A DNA stretch of 64,000 bases from Squalus acanthias (GCA_030390025.1 CM059431.1:106952001-107016000); one strand, 5' to 3'. Shown: positions 12,790 to 23,662, numbered from the stretch's first letter. Made by a program: numbers and translations. The notes: a model not told the origin generated them from the letters alone.

Positions 12790-13143
12790 CTGCCCTGTTG
12801 GACGCTGAGCTGAAATTCTGACCCCATGTTTCCTTCAGCACAAAGACCGCCTACTTCTACCAGTGTAATATCGCCCGCCTCTGCTTCTGCCTCAGCTCAT
12901 CTGCTGCTAAACCCTCATCCGTGCTTTGGTTAACTCCAGACTTGACTATTCCCATGCTCTTTTAGGCGCCCTCCCATCTTCCATCTGTCATCCTCCATAA
13001 ACTTAAGCTCGTTCAAAACTATGCTGCCTGTATCCTAACTTGTACTGAGTCCCATTCACCCATCACGCTTGTGCTTGCTGACCTAGATTGGTTCCCGGTC
13101 CATCAGCACATCGATTTTAAAATTTTCATCCTTGTGTTCAAAA
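12790..13143 (+). mobile_element. L2 LINE fragment
   Basis: Decayed RT C-terminal region (SRLDY; HITxVLADLxW) homologous to 14236-14803. Confidence 0.75.
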
Positions 13144-13144
13144 C

Positions 13145-13262
13145 AAAGAGTAGAGGTTAAGGCTAACTGGTCAGACTGAAAAAAAGGTGGGAAGTGGTGT
13201 TCCACAGGGATCGGTGCTGGGACCACTGTTGTTCACTATTTACATAAACAATTTGGATGATT
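13145..13262 (+). mobile_element. CR1 RT fragment
   Basis: Encodes SGVPQGSVLGPLLFTIYINNLD. Confidence 0.75.
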
Positions 13263-13391
13263 AGGAGGTGAGGAGGAAACTTTTGAGTCTTTCTAGATGG
13301 AGGAACTAAAATGGGCTACAAAGCACTGCTCATTTGAAAATAATGAGAAGTCGCATAACACCAGGTTATAGTTCAACAGATTTATTTAAAA

Positions 13392-13429
13392 TTACAAGCT
13401 TTCGGAGCTGTTGCCCCTTCGTCAGGTAA
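13392..13429 (-). ncRNA. Minimal type I hammerhead ribozyme motif
   Basis: Minus strand UUAC-CUGACGA-A-GGGGC-AACA-GCUCC-GAAA-GCU-U-GUAA: intact core, stem I UUAC/GUAA, 5-bp stem II, palindromic AGCU stem III. Confidence 0.75.
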
Positions 13430-13828
13430 AGGTGCAATGAAGGAATCTACAATATTACACAGTATATAAACACAGAAACTGCAGAGATACAATCTTTCAG
13501 GGAGGGATTACTTCAAAGACACACCAGAGCACAGCCAAGACAATGAGATGGATCACAGGGGGTCCAACGTGTCAAATCCTGCTGTCTGCAGTTGAGCTTT
13601 TAACTTTTTTTTTGGTTTGGTTTTTTTTGTGTTTTTTTTTTAAACTGGAAAGACAGACAACGATGTCGAGTCACGTTCTGTAGCATGACATGAACCATCT
13701 CATTGTCCATCTCATTTTCTTGGCTGTGCTCTGGTGTGTCTTTGAAGTAATGCTTCCCTGAAAGATTGTATCTCTGCAGTTTCTGTGTTTATATACTGTG
13801 TAATATTGTAGATTCCTTCATTGCACCT

Positions 13829-13866
13829 TTACCTGATGAAGGGGCGACAGCTCCGAAAGCTTGTAA
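13829..13866 (+). ncRNA. Minimal type I hammerhead ribozyme motif
   Basis: UUAC-CUGAUGA-A-GGGGC-GACA-GCUCC-GAAA-GCU-U-GUAA, same fold as the left arm. Confidence 0.75.
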
Positions 13867-14235
13867 TTTTAAATAAATCTGTTGGACTATAACCTGGTGT
13901 TGTGCGACTTCTCATTTTTGTCCACCCCAGTCCAACACCGGCATCTCCGCATCATGACCACATTTGAAAATAGCTTGTGATCTTGTGAGAAGCTGGACGA
14001 ATACTAAAAAATGGATAACAGACAGAGAACAGGTGGCGTGAGCATCCTGAATAATAGCTAAAGATGACATACCTTGTCCTTAAATTTTTCAACCTGTGAC
14101 AATAGGATACTGAGGAGCCTGGACAGACACTACTCTTGAAAATTTTAAGGATTGAGATTAGAGTTGCCATCCCTGAATTGGAAAATGATAAAAAGTGCCT
14201 GAAATAGATGATGTTTAGGCAGAAAAGATGAAGGT

Positions 14236-14803
14236 ATCTAGACTTGACTATTCCAACGCACTCCTGGCTGGCCTCCCACGTTCTACCCTACGTAAACTTG
14301 AGGCCATCCGAAACTCTGCTGCCCGTGTCCTAACTCGCACCAAGTCCCGCTCACCCATCACCCCTGTGCTTGCTGACCTACATTGGCTCCCGGTTAGCAA
14401 CGCCTCAATTTTAAAATTCTCATCCTTGTTTTCAAATCCCTCCATGGCCTCGCCCCTCCCTATCCCTGTAATCTCCTTCAGCCCCACAACCCCCCGAGAT
14501 CTCTGCGCTCCTCTAATTCTGGCCTCTTGAGCATCCCTCATTTTAGTCGCTCCACCATTGGTGGCCGTGCCTTCAGCTGCCAAGGCCCTAAGCTCCAGAA
14601 TTCCCTCCCTAAACCTCTCCGCCTCTCTACCTCTCGTTCCTCTTTTGAAACGCTCCTTAAAACCTACCTCTTTTTTGGTCATTTGCCCTAATTTCTCCTT
14701 ATGTGGCTCGGTGTCAAAATTTGTTTGATAACACTCCTGTGTAGCGCCTTGGGATGTTTTACTACGTTAAGGGCGCTGTATAAATACAAGTTGTTGTTGT
14801 TGT
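14236..14803 (+). mobile_element. L2 LINE 3' fragment
   Basis: SRLDYSNALLAGLP...ITPVLADLHWLPV and a (TTG)n tail. Confidence 0.9.
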
Positions 14804-14929
14804 AGAAATCGGAGATCAGGCTAACCACAAACTGTGCAATAAAATATGGAAGATTGAACAGTTCCCAGAGGACTGAGGAAAGCAGCAGTAGTGCTGTTTC
14901 TGGAGAAAAAAAAGGGGTAATAACAAGAT

Positions 14930-15150
14930 CAAGAATTGTCATGCAATTACCCTCCTGAGTATTACTTGTAAAGTATTCATGACCATCTTACAAATCAAAT
15001 TACTAACAGAGTCGATTCACTGCTTGATGAACAGAATGAGTTCAGGAAAAACCGAGGCATAGTAGACCATATGTTTACCCTCAGGCAACTATCTGAAAAA
15101 CGCCATGAAAAGAACAGATTATATGTATCACAACATTGTTGATTTTAGAC
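14930..15150 (+). pseudogene. Old RTE-clade RT fragment
   Basis: Manual translation: ITLLSITCKVF ... DEQNEFRKNRGIVDHMFTLRQLSEK. Confidence 0.65.
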
Positions 15151-15174
15151 TGAATGAACCAACTTCCATTTATA

Positions 15175-16679
15175 GGGCCTTAGAAATTCCAGTACGCTGG
15201 AAACCTGCTGGGAGCAGCGCCGGCCAAGGCTAACGGTCGCCCACCGAGAGAGCGCCGGCAGCACCGCTATTTTGGTGCTGCCTGCTAATTAACATCAGCG
15301 GAGCGTTGATTTTTGTGGTGCAGCGCGCTCTTTCCAGCGCTAAGCTCAGCCAGAGGCCGAAGGTCGCATCCGTGTCCCGCTTGCAGCAAAGGAGAACGGG
15401 GAAGAAAGGAGCGAACCTGTAGGCCAGGTACGGAACAGTTGGCATATTTGCTGCAAAAATATTACCTGCCACCCAATTATTAACTATGTTTGTTGATTTT
15501 TTAATAGTTCATGGAATGAATGCATCTGCGTTCTCTGTGACACTAATCTTTCCCCAATGGTTACTCTTGAAAGTGTTCAAATGTGCAGTAATCCTGCCAG
15601 CTTTTAGTGGGCCTTGCATACTCGACACAAAATAATTATTTGATAAATTATGGATTTTTGAATAAATTAATTATAATTCCTTAAAATCTTAAGCAGTTGA
15701 GTCCAGATTTGCTAGGGGGTGACGTTCTGGTGACCCTATTGTAAAGATAAAAGAGATCTTATCAGAGAAGACCGTCAAACGTTGCAATGGAGTTGTAGCT
15801 TATCTGATGCTCTTCAGCAATTTGTTTTTTTTATTTGCCTGGAATCCGCCGAGGGATTTGCAGTTTTGTGCAGGTGTTCAGTTCTGAACTAAAAGCTTGT
15901 ACCACAAGGTTTCACCCATTGATTTACTGATCCACAAACACTGTAGGCCTCCTGGAAAGCCGCCAGAAAATGCAATAACTCCCCCCACCACCACCCACCC
16001 CCCACGCCCCCCACCCCACCCCACACCCACGCCCACCCACCAGCACCCACCCCACGCCCCCGACCACCACCAGCCCCCCCACGCCCCAGACCACCACCCC
16101 ACCCATGCCCCCCACCATCCCCCCCCACACACCTGACCACCACCCCCTCCATGCCCACACCATCCCCCCCACAATCCCCACCACCACCAGCCCCCCCCCA
16201 CGCCGCCCCCCCACGCCCCCCACCACCACCCATGCCACTGATGTGCAAAAAATGAAAGTATAAAAGAAGAACCTTTGCAAAGGAGGCGTTTGAAGTTCCA
16301 GCATCCGTCTGAGCTGTTTTCCACTTGCCAGCCTCCATCTTGTCTACAATCTGCCAAGTCCTGCCAGTCAGTTGAAGCATCCTCAAGGCCGTTAACGCTG
16401 CTGAAGTGCTTTTAATGGCTGCACGCAAGGGCGTGCTTCAGTGGGGGTGACAAGAGGAGCGGCGATATCTAAAATGGATCAGCAGGCGTCAACTCGGCCT
16501 TGCGTGTCGATTGACATCACGCTCCGACTAATTACAATAGTTTCAACGAGCGCAGGCAACGGCAGTGCTGCCGACCTGACGAAAATGGCGGCCGCCGGCA
16601 ACGGTCGAAAATGGTCGCCACATTTTTCCCCGAATCGGGCGGTTAATGGTTGGCGCTAAACCCTCTGAATTTTTAGGCC
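15175..16679. mobile_element. Decayed Harbinger-type element
   Basis: TIRs GGCCTTAGAAATTC / GAATTTTTAGGCC with ATA flanks and GC-rich ends. Faint transposase-like remnants on + at ~15750-15980. Confidence 0.65.
15981..16232. repeat. C-rich degenerate tandem repeat (CCACCACC/CCCCACGCCCC units)
   Basis: About 250 bp of almost pure C/A, seen directly. Confidence 0.9.
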
Positions 16680-16887
16680 ATAATGTCTTATCGTGTACTC
16701 AGAACATCTCAAAGCACTTCACCAGCAACGAAAAGTTGATACCCGAGTGACATCATTAAATGTTATCTTTGAAGTGCGGTCACTGTTATGTAAGCAAATA
16801 TGTCAGGCAGTTGTGCAAGACAAAACAGCAAATGAGATCATAGAATCATGGAATAGTACAGCACAGAAGGAGGCCATTCGGCCCATT

Positions 16888-17187
16888 GGGCTGGATTTTG
16901 ATACTGGGGCGGGTTGGGGTCGTGTTATCCACTTTTCGTGTTATCCACCTGACTGCAATTGGATGTGGGAGATTGATGCAATTTTCACCTAATTGGGCAA
17001 TTGAGTTCCAGCATGTGGGAACCCATGACCCAATTAGTGTTTTCAGTCTGAAAGTTGCCTCTGATGATGTCATCATTGCTGCTGCATTGAAGGTCTTCAG
17101 AGACTGCCTGGCCTTTGCTGTGAGAGGACCTGGATGCAAAATGAGCAGCAGCAGTCCTAAGTCTGCTCCCAGATATTTTTACACCAC

Positions 17188-17252
<65 letters not shown>

Positions 17253-17552
17253 GTGCTCCCGCCAGCTTTCACAATCGTGGTTCAGACCAGGCGTGCTTCA
17301 CGTAGAACAAGGGTTAAAATCACAAAGGCCTTTCAAAATGGCATTATAGAGCCAATTTAATGCTTGTTAAGGGCCTTAACAGCCTATCCTGTCTCTTAAA
17401 GGCGGGACGGAGTCGGGACCAGCAGACACGATTTAATGAAATTTGCGTGGAGGCGGGATGGAGGCGGACTTGTGCCCGCCCGCCAGTTTTAACAATTTTA
17501 ACCCCCCACACGCCTCCAAACCCGCCTCCACGGGTCAATGAAAATCCAGCCC
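16888..17552. mobile_element. Harbinger-type MITE
   Basis: Perfect 12-bp TIR GGGCTGGATTTT / AAAATCCAGCCC with exact ATT TSD (16885-16887, 17553-17555). Confidence 0.85.
17191..17248. repeat. (AG)29 microsatellite
   Basis: Pure dinucleotide run inside the MITE. Confidence 0.95.
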
Positions 17553-17635
17553 ATTGAGTCTGCGCTGGCTCTTTCCCCATTTCCCTGCAATTTTTTCTCC
17601 TTCAAGTATTTATCCAATTCCCTTTTGAATCTATT

Positions 17636-18388
17636 GGCCCGAAAATTAGACCTAATACGCGAGAGTACGCACTGTGTACTCTCGCGTTTTAGGTCTCCAA
17701 TTGCCGGTTTTCAGCATGCACTGTGCATGCGCGGGAAACCGGCACTTCGTGAACTCAAAAGGGGGCGGTTCCTAAGTGAACCGCGTGCGCGCTACAGGCT
17801 GCGCACACGCAGTGCACTTAGTGCTTTGAACGCGCAGGTAAGCATGAAAGATTTTACACATAAAGAAAGGAGGCGTAAGACCCTCTTTAAACAAGGTAAG
17901 TAGTTAATTAAGTATTATTTTAAAATGTTTTCAACAGGTTTATCTTTTTTAGAGACTTTAAAGAAAGGTAAGTTTATTTTTATAACTTTTAAAAAGATTT
18001 AAAATTTTTTCAAAAATTTAAATTTTTGTTTAAAGTGGTTAATTTATTTAAATATAGTTATTTTATTAATGTGATGGTTTTTAAAAAAAAATAATTGAGG
18101 TTTAGCTGTTCTTTTGGGGGTAAGTTGTATTCATAGCTTTGACAGTTGTCCTGTCAAAACTATGAATGAAAGATGGTGTGCTGCCATTGGCTCTAACTGA
18201 ATCACGTGATCCCACAGCTCGCACGAACTAACTGCGTCTGTGGGTCACGCAAGCACTGCACAGCTGCATGTGGGACTGGCCTTGAAACTAAAGTTCGTGT
18301 GAGCCCGGAGGGAAAAGGTAGGCGCGCAGTGAGATATCGCGGGGAAGCCTTACCCCCGCAGGAACACTCCGTGTTTAATTTCTGGGCC
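17636..18388 (+). mobile_element. Harbinger-type MITE, family A
   Basis: TIRs GGCCCGAAAATTA / TAATTTCTGGGCC, ATT TSD, closely similar to 28719-29483. Confidence 0.9.
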
Positions 18389-18779
18389 ATTATTATTGAA
18401 TCTGTATCCACCGCCCTATCAGGCAGTGCATTCCAAATCCTAACCACTCGTTGCATAAAAAGTTTTCCCTTATGTCGCCTCTAATTCTTTTGCCAATCAC
18501 CTTAAATCTGTGCCGTCTTGTTACCGACCCTTCAGCCATGATGAAGGAACAAATAATCTGTTTTAGGTCATGTTGGTTGAGGGCGGAACATTGGTCAGGG
18601 CACCGAACATTTGTTCATCCCTAGAGAAATAAATCATGCCAACGTCACAAAGCCACGGGCTGGATGAGATAATGGTCAAAATCCTGCAGAATACGAATTT
18701 TTCAGAGAATCTCCTCTGCATAAATGGTCAACTGCTGATTTTAAGATCGAATAAGGAACAAGATAAGACTGTGCTCTGT

Positions 18780-19306
18780 CTTCAGCAGTCTAGAAAGTAA
18801 TGTTGGATGCAATTATGAAGATTTTTCTAGATGATTTAAACATGAGTGTTAAATTTAGAGGCTGTTTTCTTTAAAAACTGTTGTTATTGCTGCTGAAAGT
18901 GGGAATGATCTCTTAGAGCTAACGAATAGCATTTCCAAAGCAAGTAAACAGACACATGTTTCCTTGACTGGAAAACCATAAAGTTACCTTAAATGAAGAA
19001 CTGGAGCAAGTGGATAAATGCGTACATCTAGGCAATCCAAATAATGCAATCCAAAGAACCACCTTGAAAGCAGGGGCTCATTTGAAGCTGATAAACATCC
19101 CCTTTCCAGCAAAACTCAGATGACATGAATCTGTTGTGTTCTTATGTTGTAATATTTGGGTTACTGATGATTCAACATTGAATGACGAGGGACATGCCAG
19201 ATTTCCAATGGCTGAAGACATCTTTAAACACATCAGTCCATTAATTGTTGATAGACTGCACCTTGTCCAGTTTGGATTTAACTGGTTGTTGCTTATGTGA
19301 AACATT
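18780..19306 (+). pseudogene. Old RTE-clade LINE fragment, probable continuation of 14930-15150
   Basis: LEQVDKCVHLG and DSTLNDEGHARF..AEDIF-like motifs of the RTE RT C-terminal half. Confidence 0.5.
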
Positions 19307-20060
19307 GGGCCAGAAATTCGGGTCTCCACGGGTGAGTACGCGCTGTGTACTCACCTGTAGACCCAACGAAACTGCCGGTTTCGCGCATGCACTGCACATG
19401 CGCTGGAAACCAAAACTTCCGTTCCCCTGAAGGAAGGGGTTCAGAGGTCGAACACGTGCGCCGGAGAGGCAGCGCGCACGCAGTGAACTTCATTTTTATT
19501 TTCAGCTTTCTCCGTGAGGGTAAGTACGGAGAAGCTGCGCAGGAAAAAAGGAAGCGCAAGGCCTGCTTTTAACAAGGTAAGTGGTGAATTAAGTACTATT
19601 TAAACATTTTTTCAACAGGTTTATTTTTTTTACATTAAAGAAAGGTAAGTTTATTTTTAACACCATTAAAAAGTGTAATTAATTTTTTCAAAAATTTAAA
19701 TTTTTGTTTAAAGTAGTTAATTTATGTAAGTTATTTTAAAATTTGATTTTTAAAAAAAATTTATTTGAAGTTTAAGTGAGGTTTTGGGGCCGATCTCTAT
19801 TCATAGATTTGACAGGTCATCCTGTCAAAATCTATGAATGGAGATTCCCTGCTCTGATTGGCTCTCCATGGCCCACGTGATCCCAGGGGACGCTTCGAAC
19901 TAACTGCGCCCCTGAGATATGCAAGCACTGCGCGCCGGCAGCTGCAGGAGGCCCAGGAGCCGAATTCCATGTGGGCCCGAAGCACAATGGCAGGTGCACT
20001 AGGTAAGTACGCGTGCGTTCCTTGCACCCGCGGGAAGCCGGAGAGCCGAATTTCTGGCCC
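19307..20060 (+). mobile_element. Harbinger-type MITE, family A (divergent subfamily)
   Basis: Perfect 15-bp TIR GGGCCAGAAATTCGG / CCGAATTTCTGGCCC, flanks ATT/AAT. Confidence 0.9.
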
Positions 20061-20594
20061 AATCCTGAGGGAGCATCACTATAAATGTCATATTCAAACT
20101 GACGTAAAATGACATGCTCCTTTCCTCAAAACAAATTAATATTTGTGTTTATGTATAACTAAGTAGTCACCTTTTATATTTTTCATTTGCATAATTTATT
20201 AGTAATCCTGTGATTTAATTGCATTGTATTGCATTCTAGAGTTTTTTTTAATCACCTGAATCTGAGACTCCTTTACACATATTAGAATCTTGAGACTTTA
20301 GCTTTTTGTTGTGTTTCTCTAAATCTTCCTGGCTGTTTAATCTGACAATTAGTCTTACTTTAGAAATTTCACTTGCCAATGAACTTGGTCTTTGAACCTT
20401 TCCCGTATTGATCATTAATCAGTCAGATGGTAGAGAGGATGCAGTTGGGTCTGCCCTTCGAGTTGCTGTCTTGTCAGTAAGTGATTCAGGAGTTTGTTTC
20501 TCATTTGCTTCTTTGATTTCCTGACAATTATGTCTAAATAACACGCCCTGTACTGTTTGTACCAAATATGACCTTGGATATACATGTTCCTTGT

Positions 20595-20940
20595 AGAACA
20601 TAAGAACATAAGAACATAAGAACCTAAGAAATAGGAGCAGGAGTCGGCCATACAGCCCCTCGAGCCTGCTCTGCCAGTCAATAAGATCATGGCTGATCTT
20701 CGACCTCAATTCCACTTTCCCGCCCAATCTCCATATCCCTTGATTCCTCTAGAGTCCAAAAATCTATCGATCTCACCTTTGAATATACTGAACGACTCAG
20801 CATCCACAGCCCTTTGGGGTAGAGGATTCCAAAGATTCACAACCCTCTGAGTGAAGAAATTCCTCCTCATCTCAGTCTTAAATGGCCAACCCCTTATCCT
20901 GAGACTGTGTCCCCTAGTTCTAGACACATCAAGCCAAGGG
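20595..20940 (-). mobile_element. CR1 3' fragment with 8-mer tail
   Basis: SRTRGHSLRIRG...RRNFFTQRVVNLWN and an (AGAACATA)n tail on +. Confidence 0.9.
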
Positions 20941-20989
20941 AATCCTTTCTCTACCAGTGTATTTAGAAGGGCAGATGTTCTGAGCCCTC

Positions 20990-21330
20990 ACACACCGCAA
21001 GGATATGGGAATTTGTGGACAGCGAGACTGTCCCGGATGACCACACCTGTGGGAAATGTCTACGCCGTGAGTCACTCCGGCTCAGAGTTATTGAGCTGGA
21101 CCACGAGTTAGAGACACTCCGACACATGAGGAAGGGGAAGGATTATCAGGAGCATTAACTCCACAAACACAGACACACCACATAGAGAGGTATAGGTACA
21201 GGAAGAGGGTGTGACTGACAGTCATCAGGGTAAGGGAAGTCTAGTGGAGGCAGGGAAGGAGGAACCACAGAAACTGTCCAACAGGTAGGATGTTCTGGCA
21301 CTGACTTCTCCATCAGCTCATTTGACAAGG
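20990..21330 (+). pseudogene. CR1 ORF1 N-terminal fragment
   Basis: Manual translation TVPDDHTCGKCLRRESLRLRVIELDHELETLRHMR: CxxC plus leucine-zipper pattern. Confidence 0.6.
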
Positions 21331-21410
21331 TGTGATTCAACCTTGAAATTGAGTGAATGAAACCATTGGCAAATTGTTCAAACTCAACGTTTGTACCAAG
21401 GCTTCCATAT

Positions 21411-21912
21411 CAACAACAACAACTTGTATTTATATAATGCCTTTAACGTAGTAAAACGTTCCAAAGCGCTGCACAGGAGTATTTTAAGACAAAAAATTTG
21501 ACACCGATCCACATTTGGATAAATTAGGGCAGGTGACCAAAAGCTTGGTCAAAGAGGTAGGTTTTAAGGGGCATCTTAAAGGAGGAAAGAGAGGTAGCGA
21601 GGCGGAGAGGTTTAGGGAGGGAATTCCAGAGCTTAGGGCCCAGGCAAAAGAAGGCACGGCCACCAAAGGTTGAGCGATTATAATCAGGGATGCTCAAGAG
21701 GGCAGAATTAGAGGAGCGCAGATATCTCGGGGGGTTGTGGGGCTGAAGGAGATTACAGAGATAGGGAGGGGGACGAGGCCATGGAGGGATTTGAAAACAA
21801 GGATGAGAATTTTGAAATCGAGGCGCTGCTTAACCGGGAGCTAATGTAGATCAGTGAACACAGGGGTAATGGGCGAACGGGACTTGGTGCGAGTTAGGAC
21901 ATGGGCATCCAG
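21411..21912 (-). mobile_element. L2 LINE 3' fragment
   Basis: Reverse complement of the 14330-14803 sequence. Confidence 0.9.
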
Positions 21913-22299
21913 AAAGAAAGGTAGCTTCCATGCAGTTTAACACCATTTTGCTGGTTGTGTTGTTCACTGTGCACGCAAGTTTAATAGTCAAGGAATGCAG
22001 CACATAGGAATTGGGTTGCCAAAGCTAGGTTTGCAACATGATGGAACCTAATTCTATCTGTAATGCAGAAGCTGAAATGTTTCAGGATTCTAGAACTTCA
22101 TAATTAGCTTTTGCATGAGTGGTCTTTTAAAAAAAAAACTCCATGTTTCTTCCTGTTTGATTCCATCTTAATTCAATAATATTTTTCTATCAGCTTTGTG
22201 ACAGGAAATATTTTTTCAAAGAAATTTGGCATGAATTTACTTTGTTAATTGACCATACCTAGGGATTCCTGCACACTTTTCTTGCACAATGGACTAAGA

Positions 22300-22450
22300 A
22301 CATTACATAAGAACATAAGAAATGGGAGCAGGAGTCGGCCATTCAGCCCCTTGAGCCTGCTCCACCATTCAGTAAGATCATGGCTGATCTTCAACCTCAA
22401 CTCCACTTTCCCGCCTGATCCCCATATCACTTGATTCCCTAGAGTCCAAT
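22300..22450 (-). mobile_element. CR1 3' end
   Basis: Same tail and 3' UTR as 20595. Confidence 0.8.
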
Positions 22451-23231
22451 GGACTGAAATATTCAAGCTAAATATTATTCCGAGTGATGATGTCGCTAAG
22501 AAATGACAACTCAGTGACTCCAAAAAGATCTGTATTAAGTTCCAATTTTGCTCTTCTGGCAAATCCAAGTACCTTCTGAAGTCCAACAGCATCCTCCTAT
22601 TTGGATGAACCTCACATTATTGTGTCATCTACTGATATATCAACACCCTTCAAATACGTTTTTGCATCTCTGTATAAGTTTTTTTCAGATCCATATCACT
22701 GAGTCTCTAACGTAAGTACCTATTTTACCAGATTAAATTCTTCAGAGACACTCTGGACTAAAATTGGCTGGATAGTTGTTCTACCGCAAAGGATAATGTG
22801 TGCATTTGATGTGTTGTATGTGACTCTGGCAACATATCTTATTATCACTGAGAGCTATTCTATCACTGGTATCTATTTTATCTTAACTTCCTAGATGATT
22901 CCACCTCTAATGATAGCTTCCAATCTCTCTCATTTGCTTGGCTTACTGCTACTATGTTCATATAAATCCCTCAAGTGACTTTTCTTTCACAGTGCCTTGT
23001 CTGTTCTGCAATGTGATGCATATTGTATAATGGTTCGTCCTGCCCCAGTTTTTAAGTGTGCTTTTGCAAAGGTTGGGTAACTTTTGTGTTTATGCTGCAT
23101 TGTACAACATGAATTATTTTTTCCCTTTCTTTAGCTTTGACGGATAACATTTCAGATTGCTCGTATTTAATCATTTCTCTGTTTATTGCCTAAATGGTTT
23201 CATTTTCATTTTCATCTCTGCACAACACCTT

Positions 23232-23662
23232 AAAAGAAAGACTTGCATTTATATAGCGCCTTTCACGACCACCGGATGTCCCAAAGCACTTTACAGCCAA
23301 TGAAGTACTTTTTTTGAAGTGTAGTCACTGTTGTAATGTCGGACACGCGGCAGCCAATTTGCGCACAGCAAGGTCCCACAAACAGTAATGTGATAATGAC
23401 CAGATAATCTGCTTTAGTGATGTTGGTTGAGGGATAAATGTTGGCCAGGACACCGGGGATAACTACCCTGCTCTTCTTCGAAATAGTAGCATGGGATCTT
23501 TTACATCCACCTGAGAGAGCAGACGGGGCCTCGGTTTAACGTCTCATCTGAAAAACGGCACCTCCGACAGTGCAGCATTCCCTCGGTACTGCACTGGAGT
23601 GTCAGGCTAGATTTTTGTGCTCAAGACCTGGAGTGACACATGAACCCACAACCTTCTGACCA
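23232..23662 (-). mobile_element. DeuSINE-like (SacSINE1-type) SINE, near full length
   Basis: tRNA-like head with a B-box-like GGTTCATGTG on minus, central GTACCGAGGGAATGCTGCACTGTCGGAGGTGCCG domain and an L2-like tail. Confidence 0.75.

Larger units (their letters stand above)
13342..13958. mobile_element. Penelope-like element remnant with inverted pseudo-LTRs (fold-back)
   Basis: ~210-bp near-perfect inverted repeat (13342-13552 vs 13706-13916). The right arm extends into a TGTCCACCCCAGTCCAACACCGGCATC tail. The spacer has a minus-strand FMSCY-like ORF end. Confidence 0.85.
16837..18535 (-). mobile_element. CR1 3' fragment split in three by two MITEs
   Basis: Pieces 16837-16887, 17553-17635 and 18389-18535 join into a CR1 3' end (QRVVRIWNALP). 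Confidence 0.75.

Noticed and set aside
15878..16428. Gly/Trp-rich and Pro/His-rich ORFs
   Set aside because: Artefacts of the stop-poor C-rich repeat.
16886..17305. ORF with an RE dipeptide run
   Set aside because: Translation of the (AG)n microsatellite inside a MITE.
20595..20635. AGAACATA tandem units as a CRISPR-like or novel repeat
   Set aside because: This is the normal short tandem tail of CR1 3' ends, with no spacers.
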